64,000 bases of DNA from Octopus bimaculoides (lineage: Eukaryota), in contig NC_068989.1 of assembly GCF_001194135.2 (NCBI RefSeq), positions 72,652,788-72,716,787 of the forward strand, given 5' to 3'. Each line of letters opens with the position of its first letter. The stretch's first letter is position 1. The notes beneath the pieces were generated by a model. It saw only the letters and a list, made by a program, of their open reading frames with translations. It did no database searches and was not told the DNA's origin. Position numbers and translations under genes: made by a program. Shown piece after piece: positions 61,692 through 64,000 of the stretch.

Positions 61692-62184
61692 GTCTGTATA
61701 TTTACATTTATATAATATATATATATATATATATATGTATACCTATACATACATATGTAAATATGTATATACATGTGTGTATGTGTGCATATATGGGTGG
61801 GTACGTGTGTGTGCATGTGTGTGTGAATGCGTGTTTGTGATTTATAAGTAAATACAAACTCAGACACGAGCACCAATTTATGTACCAACATAGGAACATT
61901 GGTGAAATGTAAGCACAAACTCACAAACAAGCATTAATACACCTTAGACAAACAGATTTAGTATTTTCTGGCTAGACATCCGTTATCGCATGGTGTTGCA
62001 TTATGGTATACAAATATAACAGTTTGATGAAATGCTTCAGAAACCACAGAGAAATCTGCTCGTATTATCGCATTAGAGGTGCTAGAACATTCCCTCTTGT
62101 ATTGAAGTGTTTTCCTCACTGCTTTTCACTTCCTGTAGTTCTTTCTGTACATTTTTGCTATTTGCGTGTACATGTTCACATGTG

Positions 62185-63490
<1,306 letters not shown>

Positions 63491-64000
63491 AGAGGAACAT
63501 TTTTATCATAGGTCGTCTTGTAACACTCTTTAATCCTCAACTGACATAGCAAAACCATGTATTTCCGGTCACAAAGCGACTTCTCTCAAAGATGTTAAGC
63601 CGGTATCTTGTCGAACAAATATTATGAATATGGTGAGTGTGTGTGTATGAGTTTATGTGTGTGTGTGTGTATGTGTATGTCTATGTACGTGTGTGTGCAT
63701 GTGTGTATGTCTGTGTGTGTGTGTGTGTGTGTGTGCATGCTACGTGTGTATGTTGGTGTGTTTTACATTTGCCCACAAGCCAAGTACTGGGATCTCCTCC
63801 TTGTGCCATCATAACTACAAATGTCCCCAGGGGAGATTAAACCAGGCAGGCATTATGTCCTTGTTATGGGATTTCCGTGAGAGATTATAAAAATGATTCT
63901 CTGTTGTCTTCACTCGTGCCCAAGCATGGCCACAGCCTCTGGCTTGAACCAGTAAATGATAAAAGGCACACCCATTTATATATATATAGGCGTGGCTGTG

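Overview
AT-rich animal genomic DNA saturated with microsatellites. About 8.6 kb of the 64 kb is N, in 17 gaps, many flanked by (TA)n or (CA)n. The SINE families and microsatellite load look like an octopus or other coleoid cephalopod short-read assembly; this is recognition from memory, not verified. I cannot support any intact host protein-coding gene, RNA gene or CRISPR array. Most long ORFs in the supplied track are artefacts of microsatellites or N runs. The window mostly holds decayed mobile elements: a Helitron PIF1-helicase remnant; several restriction-like-endonuclease (R4/Dong-type) LINE fragments; three Tx1/L1-clade LINE pieces, one with 5' region, ORF1 and the endonuclease of ORF2; CR1-type LINE 3' ends; an internally deleted mariner with both TIRs; a decayed Ty3/Gypsy element; and about 40 copies or fragments of four tRNA-type SINE families (window-local names A-D). 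The most interesting signals are mechanistic: SINE-D dimers sharing one junction, serial SINE insertion with visible TSDs, a 26-27 bp minisatellite that appears derived from the SINE-D core, R4/Dong pieces embedded in (AAT)n, several fold-back palindromes centred on AT-rich DNA, and a Gypsy/Tx1 convergent fusion. A few unique-sequence islands may be exons of an unidentified host gene. I found no convincing evidence of a new multi-gene system.
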